Source of the DNA: Octopus bimaculoides
Taxonomy: Eukaryota
Direction: 5' to 3'
Assembly (NCBI RefSeq): GCF_001194135.2
Contig: NC_068989.1
Coordinates: forward strand, 20,397,642 to 20,458,141
Length of the DNA: 60,500 nucleotides
This document shows, piece by piece, positions 11,700 to 24,544 of the stretch. The notes beneath the pieces were generated by a model that was given only the letters and a program-made list of their open reading frames with translations, was not told where the DNA came from and ran no database searches. The number at the start of each line of letters is the position of its first letter. Positions within the stretch are counted from its first letter, which is position 1. Both the position numbers and the translations under genes were made by a program.

Positions 11700-12079
11700 T
11701 TGTTCAGTAGTTTTATTTTTATAACGTGCTTTCACTTCACTACCGAGCGCAGCTCTGTGCACCTTGGGTATGTGCTGTGGTTTGCTGTGGTGCTCTTACG
11801 GTTACTGTATTGAAAGTGTTTTGCGTAGGATGTGTGCAGTGCCCAGTAGTGCAATTTTCTGTATGTTATATATATTTGTAAGTCCTGGTGTTTTTGTTAT
11901 GTATTTGTCTGAATATTATTTTTATTATATCTAAGGCACCTACTATGATAGGAATTGTTTCTGTTTTTAGATTCCACATTCGAGTTACCTCTATTTCCAG
12001 GTCTTTGTATTTTGAAAGTTTTTCCATTTTTTTTTGAGAAACGTTGTCATCTGCTGGTATTGATACATCAATTAGAAAG

Positions 12080-12081
<2 letters not shown>
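11700..12081 (-). mobile_element. 3' end of an R4/Dong-type RLE non-LTR retrotransposon, flanked by (TAA)n
   Basis: Minus translation LIDVSIPADDNVSQKKMEKLSKYKDLEIEVTRMWNLKTETIPIIVGAL (RLE D...K-Y motifs); 3' UTR matches 31985-32078. Confidence 0.9.
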
Positions 12082-12128
<47 letters not shown>

Positions 12129-12399
12129 TATATTTTAGAAGGACTGACGTAACTCTTCACAAAGTTAAACAGACACGACGAAGAGGGCGATGCGATTGCA
12201 ATATTGGTTGAACGATATTTCAACAGCAACCATGTCGTTGTCGAGTTCAAAATAAAAAGTGATAAAAAATCAAAGTTATAGAAATTCAAATCTAAAGTAT
12301 GGAGGAGAGCAACTAACATCCACACGTTGATGGAATACATCATCAGTCTTTAAGTTTCAATTTTACAACAAGCAAAAGGAAAAAGACAGAAAAAAAGAC

Positions 12400-14330
12400 G
12401 CAAAGAAGAGGAAAGAAGAAAGAAAATGAAAAAAGAAAGATATTTAATTAAACAGTTTTGTATAAATTTGATGGCATTCTCCTGTCATTTTATTCATTCC
12501 TCCAGGGCGTGGTGTTAATAACCTGCAAACATATTTCTCCTCATATATGTTATGAATTGAAAGTGAAGCAGATTCAGAATATTTTCTGAGAATATGCACT
12601 TTCAAGTATTTTTCAAATTTGCAGCCGTTTGAAAAAGACTTGAAGGTGCATATTCTCAGAAAATATACAGTTTTCTGGAATAGAACTCTATCCGCCATAT
12701 CTTCTTCAAGAACTCCTCCATTCCTTCGGTCTTAGGTAGCTCCTTTACTTCTATATTGCTTTTTCCAATTTCTCTGTAAAATGATTTTCGTATCTCTCTT
12801 GAATACCTTGTTTTGTCGATAAAATTTGACTCTTTTGTCATACCTTCTGAGCCGTTGAGCTTTCAGTTGTATTCCTTGTTTCACTAGTTCTTTGGTTGCA
12901 GGGCGGTTTATAAAATCTTTAATTTTATATTTTTGCTTGATTTTTCTAGATTGTTTCATCCTAGCTTTTACTTTTCTAGCAAGTTCATCAAGAACTGATA
13001 CATCCCGCAAAAATTCGATCTCTTTTTGTATTGCTACTTTCCACTTAGGAGGTCAAATGACATGGTTGGCCCTTTTCTGTGTCGCTCTGATACCTAATTG
13101 AGCAGTAACAACTTTAATAGTGGAATAGATGAGGTTATTTAGGTTGTTAGGTCATTTCCATTATTTCTTAAGAGCTGTCTAAGAGCAATATTATATATCA
13201 TGATTATGTTATTTTTCATGCTGTTTGAGAGCTTTAGTAGCGGTTCTCTATTGATCATGTCAGTAAACTCAGTTTTGTTGAATTCTCTCATAATATCTTC
13301 TTCTGCTTCTATGATCTTCTCTTTATTATTCATCTCAAATTCTGTGTCATATCTATTCTGGTGTTCTTGAGGTAGGTCTACTTTATCCTCTTTTTCTGCA
13401 TATCCGTTCTTCGCTATTCTTTCTTTAGCTTCCTCGTTGGGATGTACTGCTCGTACACTGGGTTTTGTGCATCTGTTACCTATTTCATTTTCATTATTGC
13501 TGTATTCATTTGGTTTACCATGGGATATTTGTGTCCTGATTTGGTTAATTTCAGCGTCAGTTAACCTTTTATTCTTAATGATGTATCTACGTACACTACT
13601 TAATTTATTTGCGTACTTCGTTGTACAATGAGGTTATTATTTGGATTTGGTTGGGCTGTATAGAAAACTTTCAACACATCTCTATAATCCTCTCTAGTCC
13701 ATTTTATGCATTTTGCTTTGAATTGTCCTTTTGGTGGTATCACTACAGGTCTAGGGTTAGGGTTATCATGGTTCTGGTTACCTGGTAGTTCATGCTTTTG
13801 AGAGTTTGTTCCGACAGCAGACTTTTCGACCCAGTCTGGTTCCCCGCTTGGTAATGCGGCCCTTGTCCCGGGTGATGACCAATCCGGCATGACTTTTGGC
13901 TTGTCATTAGAGTATTGACAGTGACAATAGGAGACAGGTCTGTTTGTTCAAGGTTGACTTTTTGACATGACACTGTTTCCTTGTTCTTCGTATGGATACA
14001 TGCATCGTATCGTAGGCTGATAGATCGAAAATTGCCTCTATTTTTTGGTAGCCATGTTTCCGGGCGTAACTCTTTAGTTATGTTTTAAGCCGAGTGACTC
14101 ATTTGCTCCTTTTAATATTCGTTTGTGGGAAGCCACTTTGTTTTTGTTTGATACGACGTCGCTCGTATTAGCATACGCACGTGGGTGCATGGACAGTTGC
14201 ATGTATAAGTAGTTATTCAATTAACGTATTTATTGTGTAATCAGTGTGCTTTTTTCTGGGTTGCTGGTGCTGGTTTCGAGGTTTTGCGTATGTCAAATTG
14301 AGATATCTTAAGAAAGAAACTACACTGAAT
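12400..14330 (-). mobile_element. 5' half of an R4/Dong-type element (N-terminal, pre-RT region)
   Basis: KWTREDYRDVLKVFY; IQLKAQRLRRYDKRVKFYRQNKVFKRDTK; SFYREIGKSNIEVKELPK...EEFLKKIW; many stops and frameshifts. Confidence 0.85.
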
Positions 14331-14339
14331 GTCGATTTT

Positions 14340-15760
14340 TAGTTCCTTTGTTTTAACAGGACTCTTCCCATAGCTGTATCACGAAGTTTTCCTTCCATTG
14401 CACCGATGTTACTGGATTAAATTTGTTTTGTGGAGAGAGTTTTTTAGAGTATGTCCATGTTGTTATTTAACCCGGAGCTCTTCTTCTTCTTCTTCTTCTT
14501 CTTCTTCTTCTTCTTCTTCTTCTTCTTCTTCTTCTTCTTCTTCTTCTCCTTCTCCTCCCCTCCTCCCTCTTCTTCTCCTCCTCTTCCTTCTTCTTCTTCT
14601 TCTTCTTCTTCTTCTTCTTCTTCTTCTTCTTCTTCTATATTTTTAATCTGCATGTTTGTTACAATTACTTGCCGAGACACACCCAGCGTCCTATGGTGAA
14701 TGAAGAATAAAAGATGTTACAGAATGACTGAAAGCTTGGGGAAGGGAAGTGGCAGGGGCAATAGCATAATATCTTCATGTAATACGTCAAAGACATTTAA
14801 CATGATGGGGTTTTTCTGAGAATTTTTGCAGTACTTATCAGCACAATCTTTTGGATTTCCCTGAGGCATGGTTCTCCTGGGATGTTGTCTACATGTTTCT
14901 GACATCCCTTTTTAACATACCTAGGGTACTGCCTTTAGATTAGTCAGCGTGTATACCCCGACTAGGATGGAGTGGTCAGAATTGCCTAGAGCTGGAGGTT
15001 TTTTTTTCGAGACATCCCTCTGTAACGCCATCTTGGATGCACGTTTGGATTTCAATTGTGTGAAGACAGTTAACAGATGCTATTAAATACTAATTTAAAT
15101 GTCAGGGACTAAAATCTCAAGAATCTTAAAAATTCTTGCTGAATACAGGCTAACACACACTGATGTATCTCAAGACCTGAATCCTTCAGTCTCTTAGCCT
15201 GCAGTTGGGACGATATGCTGATCGCACCAGTTACTGTAGCAGCAATTTTTATCTTTGTTTTCTACAATCTTCATCAATCTGACTTGGATGTGCTTTTTCA
15301 CAACTGTTTTTATCCACCCTACTATGATACAGTTTCGAAACGACTTCAAGCCTTTTCCAGCCTGAGCCGATCTTTTCTTTACTTACTCCAACTTTGCTTA
15401 ATATCACGAATATTTAGCTGAACAAGCCATAATAACGACTCTGTCATTACTTTAGAGAAAAAACATTTTGCTCATTTTTCTGCTTTTATGATTATATTTT
15501 CATTTTTATCGAAAAATATTCATCCTTATCAATATCGTCTGTCATTTCGGATATTGCTTTATTTCACATTGTTCTTTTTGCTTTTTCAGAAGTTTCAGTA
15601 TTTTGCATTTATTCTTTATTACATATCATGCTTTTAAAAGGTTACAATAACCTAATGTATTTCGGAAAATTTTTCTCTTCAGCTTCTTTATTTCTTTTCT
15701 GGTGAAGGAGATTCCAGCTTACGGTGATTTTCATAAATTGCGCTTGTGTTTAAAAGTAAG
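14340..15760 (-). mobile_element. Further R4/Dong-type fragments interrupted by (CTT)n
   Basis: HIL*KTLST-like 3' end at ~14430-14460; a second 3'-end-like segment ending ~14640 at the (GAA)n tract; N-terminal-like coding remnants at 15200-15760. Confidence 0.6.
14480..14636. repeat. (CTT)n microsatellite
   Basis: Direct inspection. Confidence 0.95.
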
Positions 15761-15919
15761 TGGGTCAACATATATTCCACCATCTCTTGTGTGTGAATAT
15801 ATCATATTCAATGTTATGCAAGTAGCAGCTGCACTGTGATAGATGGCTGACAAATTTTCTTTGTTAACATTGACGTTGATATATTAATATTTTGTACGAA
15901 ACGGAATAGTGGCCATATT

Positions 15920-16148
15920 CGTATACCGCTTTGAAGGGTTTCGTCGAAAAAATCGACCCCATCCGACACCAAGTAATTATTTTTGTTTAAGTTTTTTACT
16001 TATTCTACTGGTCTCTTAGGTCAAACCGATAAGTTGCGGGATGTAAACAGTGGTTATCAAGTGATGGGAGAACAAACACAAAGACACATACATGCGCATA
16101 TGCACACACACATACACACACAAATATATATGTATGTATGTATGTATG

Positions 16149-16179
<31 letters not shown>

Positions 16180-16340
16180 ATATGTATGTATGTTATGTAT
16201 GTTTGCATGCATGTATACGGCAAATTTCCACAGATTTCTCACCAATCAGATTCACTAACATGACACTTGTCCGAAGTGCCATGCAGTCGATCTGAACCCG
16301 AAACCATTTGGTTGCAATGGATGCTTCTTAACCACGCACA
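15920..16340 (-). mobile_element. Degenerate tRNA-derived SINE (same family as 4116-4526)
   Basis: Shared segments (TCGACCCC, ACAAACACA, TGAACCCG...TGGTTG) and an internal (TATG)n tract. Confidence 0.8.
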
Positions 16341-16371
16341 TATCACTTTGAATCATTAATTTCCTTTGCAG

Positions 16372-16610
16372 TGCGATGGGGTGGCAGAAACGTTAGCACG
16401 TCGGGCGAAATGCTTCGCGGTATTCCGTCTGCCGTTACGTTCTGAGTTCAAATTCCGCCGAGGTTGACTTTGCCTTTCATCCTTTCAGGGTCGATAAATT
16501 AAGTACCTGTTATGCACTGGGGTCGATGTAATCGACTTAATCTCCTTGTCTGTCCTTGTTTGTCCCCTCTATATTTAGCCCCTTGTGGGTAATAAAGAAA
16601 TAAGAAATAT
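16372..16610 (+). mobile_element. tRNA-derived SINE, second family (possibly Meta-type central domain)
   Basis: GGCAGAAACGTTAGCACG head, GAGTTCAAATTCC B box, central GCCTTTCATCCTTTCAGGGTCGATAAATTAAGTACC; related copies at 32085, 50420 and 55380. Confidence 0.85.
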
Positions 16611-17357
16611 TAGACCACTCTAGTTGAGAGTAGTACACTTCGGTATTTGTTCCATCTCTGTGTTTTGAGTTCAAATTCCGCAAACGTCAAGTTTTCCTTT
16701 TACTCTTCTCATGCCGTTGAAATAAATTAGTTGGGTCGGAATAAAAAACTAACTTCTCTCCTTAAATCTGCGGCTCTTTTTGGTTAGTTAGTAACGATTA
16801 CTAATTACCTGTTTGTAATAACTTGAAAAAAAAGTAATATAAGATAAAGGAATCAATTAATTTATAATTTTTTTATTAAACAATTCGCTAATATACTCTT
16901 TCAACCTGAGATTAGTTCGAAGTGCTTCATAATATTATGTTTCTTGTTTATCTATACTTACATAATTTGTATTAGTTCTTACTGAGTGTATGAATCTTAT
17001 TATCACTGCAAACGCAAAAGAACTGCACCTACTATTTAGTTTTCCTATGGTGCTTCTATTGTTATCTCACGCAATTTTGCCTTTCATACATTTTTCAGTA
17101 TTTAACCTATTCTATTCTAATAATTCCTCAGCGTTTCTCAGTTCACTGTTCGTCTAAGTCCCTTTCCCTTCCCCTCTCTCACTCACTCTCTCTCTCTCTC
17201 TCTTTGGCTAATTGTATGTTGTTGACAATCAGCAGTTTTCTATTATTTGAAGTTAGTCGCAGCACTCTTTTCTACAATAGCTCGTACGCTGAATCAGTTG
17301 AGTCTTTTGCACTGCATAACTTGAGATTATTCCATACAGAGTTGGTATTGTTACCAA

Positions 17358-17361
<4 letters not shown>

Positions 17362-17418
<57 letters not shown>
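17362..17418. repeat. (CTA)n microsatellite
   Basis: Direct inspection. Confidence 0.95.
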
Positions 17419-17564
17419 GGATGACAGAAGAGGTGGAGAAGGAGAAGGCGAAAGGGAGGAATAGAAGAAAGAGTCTATGAAGATGACTTGTTCCTGCTTG
17501 TTGAACCCCACTTTGGCTAACCTCTCATCTCTCTCTGCAACAATTCAACCAAATTAAAAAGTAC

Positions 17565-17850
17565 ATGTGATGTTGATCAAGTGTTGACTGTATATACCAT
17601 AATTACACCAATGCTTTTGACAAAGTTGAAGGTGAATTGACGTTCACAAATTGCAAAGCGTTGGCATAATATAAGTTTAGAAGTTGCTATTTGATTTTCT
17701 GGAACACTGAAGTGTAAGCTCAGCGACAAAAGTATCCCTATCTGAAAAGTCTGTAGTAATAAGGAGAGTATCATAAGGCACCGATCTGAAGTCCATTTTC
17801 TTTTTCTTATCTTGTTGTTATATATAGGCAAACATCCTGTCTACAATACT
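17565..17850 (+). mobile_element. CR1/Jockey-group LINE RT remnant
   Basis: Frameshifted YTNAFDKV (cf. DF.KAFDKV) and a *GTDL..IFFFL segment resembling PQG.VLGP.LF. Confidence 0.45.
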
Positions 17851-19051
17851 GCAAAATAATACATCAAATCATGACAAATCAATATGTGTCCGCCAATTTA
17901 GATATCATATACAGTTCAGTGCTACCAGTTCCCGTATTTTCCCGTACGCAATGGGACGACTGGGTGCATCTGTTTGGGTGCTTGTAATTTGGCACGGCTG
18001 ACCTAGACTTTGAACCTATTTTGGCAGTACATTTTGGCGCTGGAGTCAAACACGCATGCACGCAAGCACGCACTCGCGCGCACAAACAAATATGCACATA
18101 CGGATTGAAAGAGAGATAATGAGAGAGGAAGACACATTACAATTTGTTAATTGAACACGATTGATATAAACACTTCCTCTCTCCTCATACACGTAAGTGA
18201 AATATACTCATACACATAAACAGAGAGAGAAGGAGAGGGAGGGAGAGAACGAGAGAGACATTGAAGCGTCAAATACGCCAGCGTCGAATCAGGACAGACT
18301 TAAAATTCCCAATGAAACCTTCAGATAAGTTGCCTTAGAATATAATCGGTTGCCTTCAATGACACGTTAATCATTTACTTATTGTCATTTACACCAATTT
18401 AAAACTCATACGTTTAAATGAGTGTTATACGTCCAGTTTATATTTTTCTCTACTTATTCGCCCCTCACCTTACAAGCAAGAAACTTACAAACACTTTATG
18501 CAACACGGAATTTGTTACAGAAAAAAATGGGCCTTCCTATCCAAATTTGTGAAATTAAATTCTACTTATTTTGTACATTTATAAAGTTCAATTTGTAACT
18601 TGATTTATTTCAAGTGATATAGTGGACATACCAGAAAGTATAATCTAATTATTTATAGATTTCTGTGGTAATCGAATATAACATCAAACAGACATGCTGG
18701 TGTAAATAACCCAGACAAATCCTGCTGTCTATGGATAGTAGACAGCTATACAATAGCGATGAACATAGCGAGAAAAACAACGATCGAACTTGCCTACAAG
18801 TATTTATTGTAATGTATTTATTGTAATGTAGGAGACTAATGTTTGGACATCAAATATTTGCTGTGCTTAATGCAATGCAATGCTAACAGCTTGTTGAGTG
18901 TTAAAAGAAAACCTCGTCCCCACGATTCGGTATGAGATCACGAAACATTGTGATGACTTTAATTACAACAACGTTAGCAATATTAGTAGCAAAAAATAAT
19001 CTTTATATCTAACTTAATGAGGATGTCTTTAAAACACTGTATATTGCATTA

Positions 19052-19220
19052 TATTAGCCTTGAGAAAATTCCTCATATAGGTACTTGGTGTATAAAAGCA
19101 TACACATAAATCGTAGCAGATGAGAAACGTCTGTTATGGATGTCGATGATTCTAGTCTGCTATGATCTCTGTGCTTTTATGCACCAAGCGCCTATGTGAG
19201 AAATTTTCTCAAGGCTAATA
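19052..19220. mobile_element. Short fold-back element/MITE with ~70-bp imperfect arms
   Basis: TATTAGCCTTGAGAAAATT(C/T)CTCA(T/C)ATAGG..CTTGGTG(T/C)ATAAAAGCA...TAGCAGA matches the reverse complement of the right arm; possible TA flanks at 19055-19056 and 19217-19218. Confidence 0.8.
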
Positions 19221-19517
19221 ACGCAGTATTTGGTGTTCTAAAAAGACTATAATGACTTTTATATTTCTATGATAAAGGTGGCTGATTTTTGTAAATGAGA
19301 TAAATTACAATCAACTCCCCTATTGCCAGCCAGACATAGAACCAGCGACACATGACGTAGTGAGCCAACTGATATTTCCATCAACAACGATAACAAACAA
19401 CAGCTCGTCTAATGATCCAGTTTGTGATATTCTATATATGTATACATATGGCGGTGACCCAGCATGGCCACAGCTCATGAGCTGAAACTAGATAAAACGA
19501 AAAAAAATACATATATG

Positions 19518-19578
<61 letters not shown>

Positions 19579-19588
19579 NNNNNNNNNN

Positions 19589-19653
<65 letters not shown>

Positions 19654-19654
19654 G

Positions 19655-20842
19655 ATGAAATGTCGCATTTTTAATTGTTATTTCAGTCATTTAAAAACTC
19701 AATTATGTATACCTTGCATTTAATCTTGACTCTTTTTCTTTCCCAACAATATTGGTATACAAATTCGTACCCACAGACCTTATTAAAAAGGATACCAACC
19801 GTCCTCTGCCGCAGAAGCTCTACGGAATATCAAGCGGGCCTTTAGTAATGGTTTTCTTAACATCAAAACTATTCAGAGATGGTTCCAAAGCTCTCGTTCA
19901 GGAGATGATAGCCTTGAAAATAAACCAAGGGGCAGGCCAAAATCAGTTATTCGGCACGGTGGTTTAAGTGCTTTGGTTGAACAAAATCCGAGAACAAAGG
20001 TTTGAAAACTTTCATTAGAACTGCAAACATATCGCACAACTGTTTTTGGACACCTGTAAAAAATTGGAAAAGTCAAGAAAACGGATAGGTTTGTTCCACA
20101 CACAAAAAAACAAAACAAAAAGAAACAGACGCCTCGAAGTGTGCTCCTCATTGCTTTCTCGGCTGGAAAAGACCATTTTTGCATCAGATCATTACTTGTG
20201 ATGAGAAATGGATACTCTTTGACAACAGTAGAACTGAACAGTGATTAGATGCAGGAGAGTCATCTAAACACTACCCAAAACCACTATTTCACCCTAAAAA
20301 GTCAGTGATCACTGTATGGTGGTCTACGAAGGGAGTTATTCATTATTCATTTGTGAAACAAGGAAAAACGATAACAGCAACATCGTATTGCCAGGAAATT
20401 GATTGTATGCATGAGAATTTGAAAAAGAAGCAACCCCGACTAGGGAATAAAGATGGACCAATTTTGGTCGACTGCGATGCACGTCCTCACACTCCTCAAG
20501 CTACGGTCCAAAAGTTACAAAGCCTGAATTATGAGATTCTGCAACATCCTCCTTGTTCCCCTAATATCTCTCCTACTGATCACCACTTATTCAAGCATTT
20601 TGAACTTTTCATAAGCAATAAAACATTCTTAAATAGAGAAGAGGTAATTGAAGCATTCGGACAGTTTATCACAGCAAAAGATGAATGTTTTTTAGGAATG
20701 GAATATATGACATAGAGAAACGTTGGGTAAACGTCACAAATGAACATGGATCATACTTTGACTAAATAAATCAGTTCTCTAACACTTCTGAAACATTTTA
20801 TTGTTACCTTTCAAATACGACATTTCATGTGAAACAACTTAA
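19655..20842 (+). mobile_element. Decayed mariner transposon (SETMAR/Hsmar1-like transposase)
   Basis: IITCDEKWILFDN; ITVWWSTKGVIHYSFVKQGKTITATSYCQEI; DARPHT; HPPCSPNISPTDHHLF. Right TIR ...ATACGACATTTCATGTGAAACAACTTAA-TA; inner part of left TIR ATGAAATGTCGCATTT. Confidence 0.92.
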
Positions 20843-20879
20843 TATATATATAGTATGCTGTGATGTACAGCATTTGTTT

Positions 20880-21290
20880 GCTTGTCAGAGTAAATAACCA
20901 CCTATCGGAATCGTTTAGATTCATGCATTTGTTTCGTCAATGGAATCTTCTGTCTCTCCGTTTGTACGTACTGACCTCTAGATCCATTGCTTCAGAAGCT
21001 AGAAGTTTTCCGCAAGAGCTAATTTGCGTGAGATCTGTGTTTGGCTATGTGGATGATGTTACCGTAATATGGGTAATATCAGGCACCGAATACATCGAGG
21101 TGATCGGCGTAACTCTAAAGGAAAACGAGGTGTCGACCAGAGCAAAAATTAACCAGGAAAATGCAGGCAGGCCCATGCCATCCAGTGGCATGATGAGACG
21201 CTGGACGGAAAGGCCAGTTAAGTTGTTTGTACCATATCTTCAGATGGACAAGAACTGAGACAGAGTGACGAGCAGAGTAGCTAGTCTCAC
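20880..21290 (+). mobile_element. L1/Tx1-group LINE reverse-transcriptase fragment
   Basis: VNNHLSESF...RQWNLLSLRLYVL (cf. RQGCPLSP.LY) and GYVDDVTV (YADD), ...TRAKINQE. Confidence 0.8.
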
Positions 21291-22533
21291 CCACAAATGT
21301 ATTAAGAAGGTTTATTATTATTTATTAATTGTTTGCATTTCGGAAAATGATGAAATATAAAAATAAGAACTAAATGAAATTTTGCATTGAATTCTCATAG
21401 CCAATGAATATCATTTTGTAAACACATCCGGGCAGTTATAAATTCTTACTCCATTTGCATCTTACGAGTAGCTTTTTTTATAACAGCGAGGCTGTTAATT
21501 TAAGACAAAAACAAAATAAACTAATTAGTAAACAAGAATGTAAAAACGAACTTCTTGAGATAAGATTGAAACTAGAAAGGGTGTAGCATTAACTTCTCAA
21601 ACATTTATAAAAGAGCTACACTCTCGGGAACGGCTTGAGGAAGAAAACCTCCGGTAGAGAATAATTAGGCGACACACCTTTCAGCACAGTATCTTATAAA
21701 TATGTCGGCAAAGTCAGAGATATGTGGTTAGGAAGTTTCCTACGCAAACAATGTATGGATGATTAATAGCCTATAGTAACTGAGTCTGTTGTAGCCTTAT
21801 ATATGTATATATATATATATAATACAAATAATATGTGAGTATATGCATATATACGTACATGTATGTACATACCAACATTTACATGTATATAAATGCATAT
21901 ATATAAACAGGAATTACACCACAGTTATTTTGTGATCTTTGCTACCCTGGTTTCTATTAACCCATTTATTCTATCCGAATTATTATTAATTAGGATAAAA
22001 TAAATACATATAATTATATATATATANNNNNNNNNNNNNNNNNNNNNNNNNNNNNNNNNNNNNNNNNNNNNNNNNNNNNNNNNNNNNNNNNNNNNNNNNN
22101 NNNNNNNNNNNNNNNNNNNNNNNNNNNNNNNNNNNNNNNNNNNNNNNNNNNNNNNNNNNNNNNNNNNNNNNNNNNNNNNNNNNNNNNNNNNNNNNNNNNN
22201 NNNNNNNNNNNNNNNNNNNNNNNNNNNNNNNNNNNNNNNNNNNNNNNNNNNNNNNNNNNNNNNNNNNNNNNNNNNNNNNNNNNNNNNNNNNNNNNNNNNN
22301 NNNNNNNNNNNNNNNNNNNNNNNNNNNNNNNNNNNNNNNNNNNNNNNNNNNNNNNNNNNNNNNNNNNNNNNNNNNNNNNNNNNNNNNNNNNNNNNNNNNN
22401 NNNNNNNNNNNNNNNNNNNNNNNNNNNNNNNNNNNNNNNNNNNNNNNNNNNNNNNNNNNNNNNNNNNNNNNNNNNNNNNNNNNNNNNNNNNNNNNNNNNN
22501 NNNNNNNNNNNNNNNNNNNNNNNNNNNNNNNNN

Positions 22534-22570
<37 letters not shown>

Positions 22571-23465
22571 TATGTATATACATATATAATCAGAATATTC
22601 ATGGTTCTTCTCCATCAGAGCCGACCAAGAAGTGGAATTCTAGTTCAGGAGTTCCAGCGTTTTGCGAAGTATTGAGTCACTTCTTGACCGTTATTGTTTC
22701 CAGTTCTATTCTGACCTGCATCAGTAGCACTTGTTAGGGTCCTTTTATGGATTAATTAGTACGGTAGGGAAGGAATTTCAAGCGAAAACCCTTACTGTGT
22801 TATGAATGCTTTGGTAAAGGAATAGACTTGGGGAGTCAGCCTCGATAGCAAATGAAGGATCAGAGACCCTCAGGCTGTCCGGCGCCCTCTTTGATACTCT
22901 TTCGGCAACTTCAGGGTAAGTGTATCTCTCAAGCCCTGCAAGACAATTCACTTAAGAAAAAGCTAATGTAAATCCTACAACTTACTGGTCGCTGCTGCCG
23001 TCTTTGCTTGTTGAGCCACTGTGGCCAGACATCCATTTGTAAAGAGTGGGATCAGATTGCGCGGATTGACACTCACCTTAAAACAACTAAGTGTTGACAG
23101 GAAGGAAAACCCTGCAGCGATGGAGGAAAGACGAAAACGACAGGTACTGGATGATACTGCAAATAGCAATCTCTACTCTGCGTGCATGTAGCCAGTCTTT
23201 CATATGATCTTCGGACACGAAGAACTGTCGTCGTTATCATTCGACCATTATTCAATCTACCAGTTCATTTTCCTGTTTAAAAAGACAGTAACAAATTATT
23301 TGAGGAAGATTTGGTTGCTATTTATGCATGTCAAGTGATCGCTTAGAGGCTTCTTTCTTGGCACATGTTTAGTATAGTATTTAGCTGTACATTTCTTCAA
23401 CTCGCATTGTGGCAGCTGCTAATTTTCTTAGTTGTTGTCTCGGCAAGCCGAACTACTGTGGAGAG

Positions 23466-23750
23466 CAGTGCTTTGCAAAATGGGCAGTGGAAAAATTCAG
23501 TGGGGTGCTGAAGAAAAGTGGGGCGATAATGGGGTGGCCAAAAGAAGGTGATTGGTATAAAAAAGACCCCAAAACAATGTGTTAATTAGGTTGGGTTTTA
23601 TATGTGAGATACAATTGTTCTGAATTTGCTGCAGAGTGTGGTCTATGGTAGTGAGAGTGAGTTGGTGGTGGTAGTGGTGATGGTTGGGTCGCTGCGGATG
23701 GGATCTGGGTGCCCAGAGGGCGGCAGCCTAAAAATGTTTGAGAACCACGG
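23466..23750. mobile_element. Possible hAT-type MITE
   Basis: Right end GTTTGAGAACCACGG resembles a Charlie-type TIR; left CAGTGCTTTGCAAA is degenerate; 8-bp flanks GTGGAGAG/GTGTTGAA match only partly. Confidence 0.45.
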
Positions 23751-24544
23751 GTGTTGAAATTCTCTATACAAATTTTTATTTTAAGGAGAAGGGGTGTTTA
23801 CCACAAAACTTTCTGATGGCATTTTCTTTTTCTGGCGTGTAACTAATCCTTAAATGCACAAGTGGTAAAGGTCTGGTTGTTGGACAGGGCCACAGAGTCG
23901 AAAATCTCTTTACTCGAGCCTAACATTACTAATATTTACCTCATTTACTGTGATTCCATTATCTGATCCTCATCCAAGGGAGGTAACGAATGAATATACG
24001 TTCCCATCTGAATTTTCTTTCACGAGTTTCTTTTCGTTCCGGCTTCTCTGCGACACATGCAAACTTGGCGTGATATATTATGACTTCCAGTGGCATATGT
24101 TAGCGTCTTATTTTCTCCACTAGCCTCTCTGATTAGTGCCGAGGTTGATTTACCTAAATCTTCATGCTTGGTAATATCGGATAAANNNNNNNNNNNNNNN
24201 NNNNNNNNNNNNNNNNNNNNNNNNNNNNNNNNNNNNNNNNNNNNNNNNNNNNNNNNNNNNNNNNNNNNNNNNNNNNNNNNNNNNNNNNNNNNNNNNNNNN
24301 NNNNNNNNNNNNNNNNNNNNNNNNNNNNNNNNNNNNNNNNNNNNNNNNNNNNNNNNNNNNNNNNNNNNNNNNNNNNNNNNNNNNNNNNNNNNNNNNNNNN
24401 NNNNNNNNNNNNNNNNNNNNNNNNNNNNNNNNNNNNNTATATATATATATATATATATGTATGTATATCATATGTATGTATGTATAAATATATATGTATA
24501 TTTTATACACACACACACACACACGCACACGCCCAACCACATAT

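Noticed and set aside
12335-12350. CTGATGA on the minus strand (also near 27095) and on the plus strand near 786 and 4598
   Set aside because: No helix II/GAAA/UH arrangement follows.
13784-13797. AGGGTTAGGGTTA telomere-like motif
   Set aside because: Only two units, inside R4 coding remnant, with no flanking duplication.
18729-18805. Possible first coding exon MDSRQLYNSDEHSEKNNDRTCLQ|GT
   Set aside because: Weak donor, no homology recognised and no downstream exons.
21570-21650. 10-bp hairpin AGGGTGTAGC/GCTACACTCT with HHR-like flanks
   Set aside because: Core reads CTAGAAA and GGGAAC and helix I is not evident; too degenerate to call.
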